Shown piece by piece: positions 64,000 to 64,000 of a DNA stretch of 64,000 nt. Source of the stretch: a virus. Lineage: Duplodnaviria > Heunggongvirae > Uroviricota > Caudoviricetes. The DNA is taken from the IMG/VR virus record IMGVR_UViG_3300030294_000676; one strand, 5' to 3'. The notes beneath the pieces were generated by a model. That model did not search any database, was not told where the DNA came from, and saw only the letters and a program-made list of their open reading frames with translations. The number at the start of each line of letters is the position of its first letter. Position 1 is the first letter of the stretch. Position numbers and translations under genes: made by a program.

Positions 64000-64000
64000 T

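Noticed and set aside
1-64000. Suppressor tRNA, release factor, CRISPR array or DGR
   Set aside because: Intergenic gaps are short, and no cloverleaf, repeat-spacer array or reverse transcriptase motif was recognised by eye; a tRNAscan run on the whole genome is needed.

Overview
About 64 kb of a crAss-like bacteriophage genome (Crassvirales; Bacteroidota host inferred from TAnnTTTG promoter elements and A-rich, Shine-Dalgarno-free starts). It has two convergent arms. The + arm (1-38595) carries tail and virion-cargo genes. It looks shattered in the supplied ORF track because TGA is read as Trp (code 4): about 65 in-frame TGAs join the fragments into 13 genes that all end in TAA. These include a tail-collar protein, the tail muzzle/stabilization protein, several cargo proteins, an HNH endonuclease, DUF192, and four giant virion proteins (SF1-helicase domain; RNA polymerase with DFDID; zincin; degenerate nuclease domain). 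The - arm (39480-64000) is the replication and nucleotide-metabolism module (PolB, SF2 helicase, DnaB, AAA_24, SSB, primase, resolvase, ligase, dUTPase, ThyX, thioredoxin). It uses only TGG for Trp, except in a GIY-YIG homing endonuclease. A TGA-containing tail-type lysozyme lies on the - strand at the junction. Two observations stand out. (1) The four giant cargo proteins are nearly Cys-free but carry Cys exactly at each facing C- and N-terminus, in gene order, suggesting a head-to-tail linked ejection chain of about 8,400 aa. (2) Three potentially toxic enzymes (lysozyme, HNH, GIY-YIG) each have a host-type promoter element and an in-frame TGA that would cut off catalytic parts until recoding is active. 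No tRNA, CRISPR array, intein or intron was recognised by eye.
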